From the IMG/VR virus record IMGVR_UViG_3300030673_000004, positions 186,001 to 250,000 of that record: a DNA stretch of 64,000 bases. The stretch is one strand, 5' to 3'. A program made the position numbers and the translations under genes. Shown here in pieces: positions 49,469 to 57,878 of this stretch. Under the pieces are notes generated by a model. That model was given only the letters and a program-made list of their open reading frames with translations. It was not told the DNA's origin and did not search any database. How positions within the stretch are numbered: position 1 is the stretch's first letter; every line of letters begins with the position of its first letter.

Positions 49469-50013
49469 GTAGCACTTTGTACCCATGTGTGAATTGAAAC
49501 AAGTATGACCATGCATGCCGACAGCTTGAGGCGGGTAGCACTTTGTACCCATGTGTGAATTGAAACCGAGTATACCCTCGATCCCACCCAAGCTCCTTCG
49601 TAGCACTTTGTACCCATGTGTGAATTGAAACGAGGTATTGTCTTAATAAGGCATTAGCTAATGGGTAGCACTTTGTACCCATGTGTGAATTGAAACTCGC
49701 TGACAGGCTTAACGACGTTGGATCGCCCGTAGCATTTTGTACCCATGTGTGAATTGAAACTTCTCGACAGCCGCTCCGACAATTCCTGACAAGTAGCACT
49801 TTGCATCCCTGTGTGACTTGAAACAACGCTAGGTCGTGCGAGAGGCTTTGGCCAGAGTAGCATTTTGTACCCATGTGTGAATTGAAACATGGCGGCAGAT
49901 TAGTTGGCGGAGAAATTTGGGTAGTACTTTGTACCCCTGTGTGGATTGAAACTCTTACAGTTCGCATATCTGGATTGACATCCAGGAGCTTGTACCCATG
50001 TGTGAATTGAAAC
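49469..50013 (+). CRISPR. CRISPR array, 9 repeats and 8 spacers (32-34 bp)
   Basis: repeat GTAGCACTTTGTACCCATGTGTGAATTGAAAC at 49469, 49535, 49600, 49665 (identical), 49729, 49793, 49857, 49921 (variants) and 49985 (3-nt deletion). Confidence 0.97.
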
Positions 50014-50064
50014 CTTGTACCATTGGGCAGTCGCCGTGATTTTGTATTTGACTAAAATTTAAGC

Positions 50065-50092
50065 TTGACAAACAAATTTTTTGAACTATATT
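50065..50092 (+). promoter_or_regulatory. sigma70-like promoter for the ncRNA
   Basis: TTGACA(50065-50070)-N16-TATATT(50087-50092). Confidence 0.7.
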
Positions 50093-50098
50093 TTGTTC

Positions 50099-50280
50099 TA
50101 CAAGTCGAGCACAGCGACTCTAAATCAATGCCGGGGGGTATTTCAGGTCCTCGTTAACAGTCCGAAGAAGAACTCACTGGAGGGCTTCGCTGCTAGGGTA
50201 ACCTAGCGAAACGGCTGCCAAATTCACACACAAGTCCCTGCCTAGGTGCGAAATAAAACCTAGGCAGGGATCTTTTTGTT
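50099..50280 (+). ncRNA. putative tracrRNA/scaffold RNA
   Basis: non-coding stretch between promoter and terminator; AATTCACACA(50221-50230) complements repeat TGTGTGAATT; TTTCA(50141-50145) complements repeat TGAAA; internal GCTAGG-GTAA-CCTAGC hairpin. Confidence 0.7.
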
Positions 50281-50282
50281 TT
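50235..50282 (+). terminator. intrinsic terminator of the ncRNA
   Basis: perfect 13-bp stem TCCCTGCCTAGGT/ACCTAGGCAGGGA followed by TCTTTTTGTTTT. Confidence 0.85.
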
Positions 50283-50308
50283 ACCCTATTTGAACTTGGA
50301 GATGAACG

Positions 50309-52225
50309 TTGGCTATTCGCAAAAAGACTCCAATCTTGGGCGCTGCTCCGGGTGATGTGCGAACGACTAAGTCCTATAAGTTTGAGCTGTATCCAACAAA
50401 AGATCAGAGAGACAAGTTGTTTACTTTTCTTTGGGCAACTCGGTGCATGTACAATGATGCGCTTGAATGGTTGTTTACGGATAAGATGCTGTTTGATATG
50501 GGTGACATTGACGTGTGGCTAGAGCATCGCGTACTGGCTCTTCTTAGTGATACTGAGAAGAAACAAGCTATTCTTACTTTGGAGTTGGAAGAGCTGCAAA
50601 AACGGCCAGGCACACAATGTAAACAAAATAAGATTCTGGATAGCCTAGAGAAGATGCGTGGCAAACATGATACGTTTGTTTTAGGTTTAGCAAAAATGCG
50701 CACAGAATATGAGAAAAAGATCTGGCCACGTCTCTCTAGAGAGGACATGACTGTTCTTGCTGGTGCTATTCGGCGCTTGAATAAGTCACACCCTGCTTAT
50801 GACGCAAGTTTGGGAATTCCAGCGACTACATTTAATTCGACAGTAGCCAAACGCCTTAGCCAAGCACAGAAAAGCATTTACACGTCAGATCGTCTTTCTA
50901 AGAAAGACGGCAACTTTCTTGTTTCTCGTAGACGTGAATCTACTAAAACACACATTGTTACGTACACAGATCCGGAATCTGTTCAAAAGGTAGAGAACTT
51001 CCCGAATTTCAGATCTCGTACCTCTAGCTTTATTTTAGAGGCGCAGAAACCTTCCGCATTTATCAATGGTAAACTAGGTAATCTTAAGATTACCCCTGCA
51101 CTTACTGTTCAATTTTGTGCTTATGTTGACATTCTCACGGGATCAGCCAAAGAAATTACACAGGCTATCTCAGCTAGGCGTGTTATTGGGATGTCCGTAG
51201 GTCAACAGATTACTGTAGCAGTTGATGGTACTGGGCGTTGGTGGACTAGTATTACTATTGATACCAACCATAGTCCTGTGTTGTATCCTGTTGACATTAA
51301 TAAAACTATGGCACTTGATTTTCGTCCAGCCGCTATTACAACTAGTACCGGATTCCGGATGATGCGGAGTCTTGATGCTCTTCGTTCTGTAACTAGCTAT
51401 CCTAATTGTGCCGCTCTGGCTAAGAAGTATGAAAAGAATCAAAACGCTATTGTCATGAAGCAGCGTGAGGTTTCTCGTAAGTATGAGCTGCATAAGCGAG
51501 CTAGCCAGACGTTCAAGACTACACACGTTTGTCCTATTTGTGGCGCAGTTGCCTCAGACGAAGCTGTTGCTGATCTTAACACTTTTAAGTGTTCTTGTGG
51601 GTTCTCCGTGAGGATGAAATCTAAGAATCATCGTAAAGCCAAGTTTGAGCTATCTATGTTGCATGCTCGTAGTGCTGGTATACTGACAAACTTAAGACGG
51701 CACATTGTGCATTCCTGGGTAGCATCAGAAGCAACTACATTTGTCATTCAAGATATTCCTTTGAACGAAGGTTTCAAGGCAAAGGCAAAGACAAAGAAAG
51801 ATGGGGAGAAGGACAAAGATAAGAAGCCTCGCAGATGGCGTGGCTGCGCTATCCGACGGCGCAATATCAACAGGTTCACACATCAGCTAGCTGCTGGAAC
51901 ATTGCGTAGCATGCTTGTTGCGTCTGCTGCTACTATGCAGAAGAACGTGATCGTGGTCTCTTCTGACTATGATCCTCTGCACACCTGTAGCTGCGGTCAT
52001 GTTATTTCTACTGGTGCTACAATGTGTGATGATGTTGTTGCTAATGCACCTACCCGTCTACTGTATATTCCGTTTGATCACCCAAAACTTGTTCTTGGAG
52101 CTAAGTCAGGAACGGATGCTTTACGCAGATTTGGTGAAGCATTAACTCAGAAAGAAGCCCGTAAGCAAGCTAAGTTACTGCGAAAGGCTGCGTTGACTTC
52201 TGGCCAGGGGATTGCTGTTGATTAA
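50309..52225 (+). CDS. TnpB/Cas12f-like type V effector, RuvC-II Glu replaced by Gln
   Basis: KSYKFELYPTKDQ...TRCMYNDAL (IS605 OrfB-like N-terminus); RuvC-I MALD337; SKNHRKAK..L..LH helix; RuvC-II FVIQ481D; candidate RuvC-III D574/D575; GGAGA RBS. Confidence 0.85.
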   Translation: MAIRKKTPILGAAPGDVRTTKSYKFELYPTKDQRDKLFTFLWATRCMYNDALEWLFTDKMLFDMGDIDVWLEHRVLALLSDTEKKQAILTLELEELQKRPGTQCKQNKILDSLEKMRGKHDTFVLGLAKMRTEYEKKIWPRLSREDMTVLAGAIRRLNKSHPAYDASLGIPATTFNSTVAKRLSQAQKSIYTSDRLSKKDGNFLVSRRRESTKTHIVTYTDPESVQKVENFPNFRSRTSSFILEAQKPSAFINGKLGNLKITPALTVQFCAYVDILTGSAKEITQAISARRVIGMSVGQQITVAVDGTGRWWTSITIDTNHSPVLYPVDINKTMALDFRPAAITTSTGFRMMRSLDALRSVTSYPNCAALAKKYEKNQNAIVMKQREVSRKYELHKRASQTFKTTHVCPICGAVASDEAVADLNTFKCSCGFSVRMKSKNHRKAKFELSMLHARSAGILTNLRRHIVHSWVASEATTFVIQDIPLNEGFKAKAKTKKDGEKDKDKKPRRWRGCAIRRRNINRFTHQLAAGTLRSMLVASAATMQKNVIVVSSDYDPLHTCSCGHVISTGATMCDDVVANAPTRLLYIPFDHPKLVLGAKSGTDALRRFGEALTQKEARKQAKLLRKAALTSGQGIAVD

Positions 52226-52226
52226 A

Positions 52227-54399
52227 GTGAAAAAGCTTCGCAAGTATCAGGAAGAGACACTTACGTGGGCTTTCCATGTACTGGCTAATCCGCAGCGTCC
52301 ACATTTGTTGATTGGGCAGCCACCGGGTGCAGGAAAGTCTATGCAGGCCCATTTGATTAGTCGGTTTGCTCTGGAATGTCCTAGTCTAGGGATCAAGAAA
52401 ATTCTGGTACTGACACCATTGATAGCAATCCGTTTTGGGTTTGCACGTGATCGGGACTACGGCGTAACGTATACGTCTGACTCGTTTAGCTGGCTTCAGA
52501 ACGGTGGCGTTCGGCCACTAGACTTTCAGACAACAGATGGTGCTCTTCTAGCTATGCTGCAGACAGATCGTGTGGGTGCCTATATTGCATGTCACGCATC
52601 TTTGGCTAACGCAAAAGCTGAAGATGCTCATGCTTTTGAGCAGTTGGACGACTGCTCAGATTTACTTATTGTAGTTGATGAAGCACATCACCTTAATGCT
52701 GAATAACCTGACGAGTGTCGTACAGTGTGCTGTAGATAAAGGTGCTCGAATGCTGCTACTGACAGCAACGCCGTTTGTATCTACCGGTTCGTGGGAGTTC
52801 ATCTTAAAGAATAAGACAAAGTCTCGTATACGTCCGCTTAGTCAGCATATTGAAGAAGGCTTTGCACCTCGCCTGGAAAATGAGATCATCTATAGCGATA
52901 TCTGGCCTATGGAGAACGGACTCCCTTCGCCTGAGTTTGTGGCACGTAAAACGATTGAGACGTTTTTAGCAAATGATCGAGTCAAGAGTCTTGTTGTTGT
53001 ACCTGCTACACCGTCATGCCGGGCTTGCGGTACAACGGAGGAATACGTCGATAAGATCATAGACGAGTGCTACAAACTTGTGCCACGTACAGATATTTCT
53101 TTGTTGAATACTCTGGGCGATTCTAAGACAGATATTATCACCAAAGAGTGCCGTGGTGATACCTATCACGATATTCAATTCACGCCAACCACAGGCAAAT
53201 ACCGTGAGGGTGTGGATGATCCCAGGCTAGCCTGTATTCAATACTTTGTTCGTCCGAAGTCCTCTATTCTTAGCGTTCAGATTCCGGGTAGGACTCTTCG
53301 CGAGAAACCTGAAGGATATCTGCCTGTGCAGTTTAGATTTAAGTCTAAACAGATATTCCATACTTCTTCGGCTGCTGGCGCCCTGATAGAATTTTCCTGT
53401 GATGTTCTAAAGTACATTCTCCGAACAGAGAATCCTTTAGCTGCTGCTACTCTGCCACCAATCAAAGCTATGATCGGCGAACTGCGTATGCGCAGGCGGC
53501 AAGCAGACAATTCAGGTGATATTAAATTAGCACAAAGTTATGCTGAATTTGCGGATGCCTTGGAAGATGACGCTGAAACAACTATGTGTGAGGCTCTTGC
53601 CGACTTAGATGCTCAAGTTACGCTGGCCTATGAGACTCAGCAAGGAGTAACTCTTCCTAAGCTAATTCAGCAGTATGGAATGGACTCAAACGTTGTTAAA
53701 TTGGCTATGTATCAACAGCTTAAGAATCATCCTGATAAGTTATTGGAGCACATGGAGTCTATCATTGAACGGCGTACACGAAATCACAAAGGCGGAAAGC
53801 ATAAGCCGGGAAGTACGCCGTCATTTGAGATTGCCGACTTTTACCTTCATATGCTTGCAGAGCAGTATGCTGATGAAGAAATAGATCAGTTTGTGACAAC
53901 TATTGATAGTCGCGTTTTGACCGAGTGGTCTGATCGCTGGGAGAAACTTAGAGACAGGACAGATCTGGAAAAAGCTGACGGTCTAGTTCAGGCTTTCAGC
54001 ACGGGTAGCCTTCGTCGTGACGATCATATCAACTACCCATCGTTTGAAGAGTTTCGGCTGCGTAATCTGCTCAGTACGGTGCTGCCCGCAGTTAAACGTC
54101 CCAGTTTAGAGGCTCGTGCGCTGTTAGATGCTGCTGGGTTGTCTAGTCGCATTTTTGCTGATAACTGGAATGATCCTCTTGTTTGTAACAATGGTACCTT
54201 GCTAACTCTTCAGCGTTTTGTACCTTTGGCATCTTGGGTGAAGGCGCATGGAAGGCTACCCCAGATTTCTTCTGATCTAGAAGAGAGGTCCGCCTATAAA
54301 TTCTACAGAATCTATAAGGACAAAATGACTGTAGTTGCTTCTCAGCACACTGCTAGTATCATACAGGAACTACATATAGGAGAAGTCTTGGATGCCTAA
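52227..54399 (+). CDS. SF2 (DExH, Res-like) helicase split by a frameshift at ~52704
   Basis: LRKYQ, GQPPGAGKS, VLTP and IVVDEAHH in ORF 52212-52706; LTATP, EGVDDP, QIPGRTLR and HA-like HGRLP in ORF 52675-54399. Confidence 0.85.
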
Positions 54400-55039
54400 G
54401 ACTAAGACAACGTCACCTGAGTTTGTTTATGCTTCTCATGGCAAGCAGGAATACCGCAAGTATGTTCAGGGCCAATTCGATATTCATTCTCTTGGTGATT
54501 TCCATGGTAAGTGGCTTGAGCCCATTGGGGCAGGTGCTTTAACATTTGATTCATTACTAGCAACCGGGCGTATAGATGAAGCTAGCCTGATTGGGTTAGA
54601 CAAGAACCCTAGGGATATTGCAGGATCACGTCAGAACATCGAGCAGTGCCGCACTAAATTCCCAAAAGCTCAGTTCTTCTGTCAAGATTGGCGTGAGTTC
54701 TGTCTACAGTATCGCGATCCAATTAGGTACATCGTTTACGATTTGTATACATCTACTTTTGGGCCGGAGCTTCTAAGCAATTTGCAGGCTATTTTTAGTT
54801 TAGTGCAGCAGAGCTTGAAGTACCATGGTCAAGTTCTTCTCGCTGTAACGGCAGATTTGCAGGCAACTATGCGACATAAGAAAGACGTACAAGACTTTGA
54901 GCATCTGTTGAAACGTGTATTTGAATCACCTACTATTCGGCATAGCCGAATATCCTGTAAAGACATGTTTCTATATACCAGCAATCGCGATCAGATGGGT
55001 GTTTTGATCATTGAATTCTTTAACAATACTGTTCCTTAG
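54392..55039 (+). CDS. putative class I SAM-dependent methyltransferase-fold protein
   Basis: WLEPIGAG (motif I), LIGLDKN, FFCQDW, YIVYDLY; overlaps the helicase stop. Confidence 0.6.
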   Translation: MPKTKTTSPEFVYASHGKQEYRKYVQGQFDIHSLGDFHGKWLEPIGAGALTFDSLLATGRIDEASLIGLDKNPRDIAGSRQNIEQCRTKFPKAQFFCQDWREFCLQYRDPIRYIVYDLYTSTFGPELLSNLQAIFSLVQQSLKYHGQVLLAVTADLQATMRHKKDVQDFEHLLKRVFESPTIRHSRISCKDMFLYTSNRDQMGVLIIEFFNNTVP

Positions 55040-55054
55040 TTAAGGAGACACAAC

Positions 55055-55411
55055 ATGCATTCTCTGCTGACCGCGCTAACAACCTGGGATACGGCCGTAC
55101 TTGATAATTATACTTTAGCTCAGGAGGCACAGCAGCACTATATTAAATTGTTCCAGCAAGAAGGCATACAACGTCAGCTAAATCAATTCTCCGAAGAAGT
55201 TGCTGAATTAACCATTGAGCTGATGAAGCGTATGCGGGGACGAGTTACTGTAAATGCTGGCATTGCCGAAGAATTAGCTGATTGTCTAATTCTGTTTGAT
55301 CAAATGATGCGCTTTTATGGAATTTCTAAGTCTGATTTGGATATCGCATTGCATGAAAAGCTGTGTAAATTTAACGAGACTATGACTAAGATCCTAAAGG
55401 AGAACCCATGA
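55055..55411 (+). CDS. MazG-like NTP pyrophosphohydrolase
   Basis: SEEVAEL...IAEELADC. Confidence 0.75.
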   Translation: MHSLLTALTTWDTAVLDNYTLAQEAQQHYIKLFQQEGIQRQLNQFSEEVAELTIELMKRMRGRVTVNAGIAEELADCLILFDQMMRFYGISKSDLDIALHEKLCKFNETMTKILKENP

Positions 55412-55683
55412 GCTTAAGTTACGGTCAGTTGGTGGATTATGGAATTTCACGTGGTCTGTCTCGTGACAACGCTTGCAAGTTTGCAGATGATGTTACAAAG
55501 AAAGGCACTGTTTGTCCAGATACAAGTGCTGCTGAGCTTCTTTTAGTTCCTTTTGCAGTTACTGCTGGTATTGTGCTTGCTGTCGATGATGCTCTTGGTG
55601 GCATACCTAGTACGCTGGTTGCTGGCGCTGCTGGAATTGCTCTGGGGGGTCTCGGTCTTCTGTTTGACGTGTTTGACTTCTAA
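55408..55683 (+). CDS. small membrane protein
   Basis: Gly/Ala-rich hydrophobic segments; ATGA overlap. Confidence 0.6.
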   Translation: MSLSYGQLVDYGISRGLSRDNACKFADDVTKKGTVCPDTSAAELLLVPFAVTAGIVLAVDDALGGIPSTLVAGAAGIALGGLGLLFDVFDF

Positions 55684-55693
55684 AGGACAGGCT

Positions 55694-55993
55694 ATGTACC
55701 GTACTATTTTTGGCAGTGTAATCTTTGCGTTTGCTCTGGTACACGCCGCAGATAATAAGCCATGGGATTCACAAAATATAGATCCGGTTGCTGTCCAAGC
55801 ATCTGCGAGTTCTTCTTGCTCTGACAGCGCTAAACGAGCATTCAGTCAAGCAATTCAATCTTCCCTGACGAAGAATAACAAGTTCAGTGTTCATCTATTG
55901 ATTCAAAATGGTAAGAAGTACGGTGTGCTTCGTGAAGTTCTGGACTATGTCCAATACTGGAAGCGACAAGATATTGGGATGTTGGAGCAATAA
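55694..55993 (+). CDS. exported hypothetical protein
   Basis: MYRTIFGSVIFAFALVHA signal peptide; AAGGA RBS. Confidence 0.6.
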   Translation: MYRTIFGSVIFAFALVHAADNKPWDSQNIDPVAVQASASSSCSDSAKRAFSQAIQSSLTKNNKFSVHLLIQNGKKYGVLREVLDYVQYWKRQDIGMLEQ

Positions 55994-56532
55994 TGTTTCA
56001 AGTCAAAAAGACAATACAGGCATTGTCTTATTTTTGTAGAGAATCTAATAGTTCTGTCAAGATATCTACGGCTTTAGCTTGGTTGTTTCTTGCCGATGTG
56101 TCACATTTGCGAGAATACGGAAGAACCATATCGGAAGATACTTATATCCGAACAGCTACTGGATTTGAGCCGGTGAGTACTCGTGACCTACTTACTAGGC
56201 ACATCAAGGCATATGTAACTACGCCGGATGTGGTTTACTGTCGTCTGTGTTTGGATGTAACGCCTAATGATGTGGATATACGCAAGGGAGCTATTTGGGA
56301 TACCGATGAGATGTCTGATTCCGATACTCAAGTTCTAGCAACTACTTATTCCGCATATCATAGATTTAGTCGTAGTCAGCTTAGAGCCATTGTTAGGACA
56401 TTTCCAGAATGGCAAGCAGCGCACTTAAAATCTGTAGTATCTGCTGAATTGTTCCTAACAGGTGCTACTGACATAGCAAAAATTCATTTCTATCTAAGTC
56501 TTAGATTTCCTTCTCGACTGGAAATTGTATGA
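55993..56532 (+). CDS. Panacea/SocA-like (DUF4065) antitoxin-domain protein
   Basis: LFLADVSHLREYGRTISEDTY, DEMSDSD...L, FPEW. Confidence 0.7.
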   Translation: MFQVKKTIQALSYFCRESNSSVKISTALAWLFLADVSHLREYGRTISEDTYIRTATGFEPVSTRDLLTRHIKAYVTTPDVVYCRLCLDVTPNDVDIRKGAIWDTDEMSDSDTQVLATTYSAYHRFSRSQLRAIVRTFPEWQAAHLKSVVSAELFLTGATDIAKIHFYLSLRFPSRLEIV

Positions 56533-56813
56533 CAGAGTTTGCTGATTTTACACCGGAAATACGAACCGCAGAAAATTTGCATAAGATTGCAAAGGGGATG
56601 GATGTATCTTTAGGAACTTTCATTGATTATGTTTTGTCCTGCTGTAATACTGCTGCTAAATCAGGTCTGTACTCTGTAAAAATCCTATGTACTTGCCACG
56701 ATCCTGCTCGATCAGATATAAACGCTGCTTTAGAAAAATTAGGTTACCGTGTAGGATATACTCAAGGTGGCTCCGGTAGTTGGGCTCTTGGCGTTTATTG
56801 GGATCTGACATGA
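56529..56813 (+). CDS. hypothetical protein, family B
   Basis: FI......CNTAAKSG...LEKLGYRV...LGVYW. Confidence 0.65.
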   Translation: MTEFADFTPEIRTAENLHKIAKGMDVSLGTFIDYVLSCCNTAAKSGLYSVKILCTCHDPARSDINAALEKLGYRVGYTQGGSGSWALGVYWDLT

Positions 56814-57109
56814 GATATCCTGCAAGTTTTTTGCGTACTGTGACGAACAATGATAATGCTACTGAGTTGCTAGCTACCTACATGGATACTATTCATGGTA
56901 TGATGTACGAGCGTGCAGAAGCACGAGAAGATCATATTAGCCTGCCATGTAATGCGCAAACACCTCCTATTTCTGATGTACCGGCCTCACTTCATGCCGA
57001 TGGCTATAGTGCTGATGTATCACGCAGCGGTATTCACGGGCAATTATGGCTAAACATTGGATGGGGATCCGGCTATGTTATTGGCGGTGATCGGCCTCTA
57101 TTGAATTAG
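56810..57109 (+). CDS. hypothetical protein, family B
   Basis: ATGA overlap; LHADGYSA...LNIGW. Confidence 0.6.
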   Translation: MRYPASFLRTVTNNDNATELLATYMDTIHGMMYERAEAREDHISLPCNAQTPPISDVPASLHADGYSADVSRSGIHGQLWLNIGWGSGYVIGGDRPLLN

Positions 57110-57163
57110 ACTTTCATTTGATTGTGCTTGACAAAAGTGCAAAAATAATGTATATTTTGATTT

Positions 57164-57562
57164 ATGAAGAACAACATTGAGTACTATGGACTTGTTCTTG
57201 AACCTTCTACCCATGAACGTCTTGTGCGGATCTACGCCAACTACATCCCCACAGGTTGGCGTTTGTTTTGCCATCACATGACAATCGTACATGCCGCAGA
57301 CAGGCGTAAAGATCTGCAGGCGGATGCTTTCTTCATGCTGGGTGAAAATCACTCTATGATCATTCATGCAATCGGTATTTCAGATCGAGCTGTTGCTCTT
57401 CGTGTTGTTACCGATGTGCATAGTGCTAAAGAGATCAAGCACATTACTCTGGCTGTGGCTCCTGGTGCAAAACCTGTGGAATCAAATCAGATCACTCATT
57501 GGGAACGTATTCCCTATGAAACTGTGTTTGGTGTGGTAACGGCTGTTCCGTTTAATGCTTAA
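57164..57562 (+). CDS. 2H phosphoesterase (cyclic phosphodiesterase-like)
   Basis: HHMTI and HITLA motifs; leaderless after promoter 57128-57156. Confidence 0.75.
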   Translation: MKNNIEYYGLVLEPSTHERLVRIYANYIPTGWRLFCHHMTIVHAADRRKDLQADAFFMLGENHSMIIHAIGISDRAVALRVVTDVHSAKEIKHITLAVAPGAKPVESNQITHWERIPYETVFGVVTAVPFNA

Positions 57563-57600
57563 AGCTTAAAGCTTAAAATTTAATCCAAGGGAGGTGTTCT

Positions 57601-57834
57601 ATGTTTTTGAGTTTTACTGCGACTGCTTATCGTATGTTTAAGGCGGTAAGCGAGATTGCTTTTGTCGCCTGTATGCTCCTGATTGCTCTCAGTCCTTTGA
57701 ACTGGCTTCTTGGCTTGCACGAACCGCACATTTTTTATTATCTGTTGCTTACTGCTAAAATCTGCGGCGCGGGTTGTGCTTGTGCGTTTCTGACTTTTCT
57801 GGTAAATCGCTTTGTTGCTATGATTAAATATTGA
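57601..57834 (+). CDS. small membrane protein
   Basis: GGAGGT RBS; two hydrophobic helices. Confidence 0.6.
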   Translation: MFLSFTATAYRMFKAVSEIAFVACMLLIALSPLNWLLGLHEPHIFYYLLLTAKICGAGCACAFLTFLVNRFVAMIKY

Positions 57835-57878
57835 AATTTAGCCTTGACAAGTTAACAGAACTGATGTAGATAATGCTT

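Noticed and set aside
49415-49967. Several - strand ORFs with repeated peptides (FNSHMGTKCY, VSIHTWVQSA)
   Set aside because: They are translations of the CRISPR repeats, not genes.
49501-49984. Self-targeting spacers
   Set aside because: I saw no protospacer match in the window by eye, but this needs an alignment search, so it is not claimed either way.
50309-52225. Ordinary IS200/IS605 or IS607 transposon TnpB
   Set aside because: No TnpA or serine recombinase nearby, the 3' end runs straight into the helicase gene with no evident right-end RNA, and an array plus anti-repeat RNA lie upstream.
54392-55039. Calling the gene a DNA adenine or cytosine methyltransferase
   Set aside because: No DPPY/NPPY or PC catalytic motif is visible (YDLY instead); only the SAM-binding fold is supported.
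57164-57562. Naming the 2H protein Acb1
   Set aside because: Two HxT motifs are shared by all 2H enzymes; the HHMTI/HITLAV pattern looks closer to tRNA-ligase cyclic phosphodiesterases.
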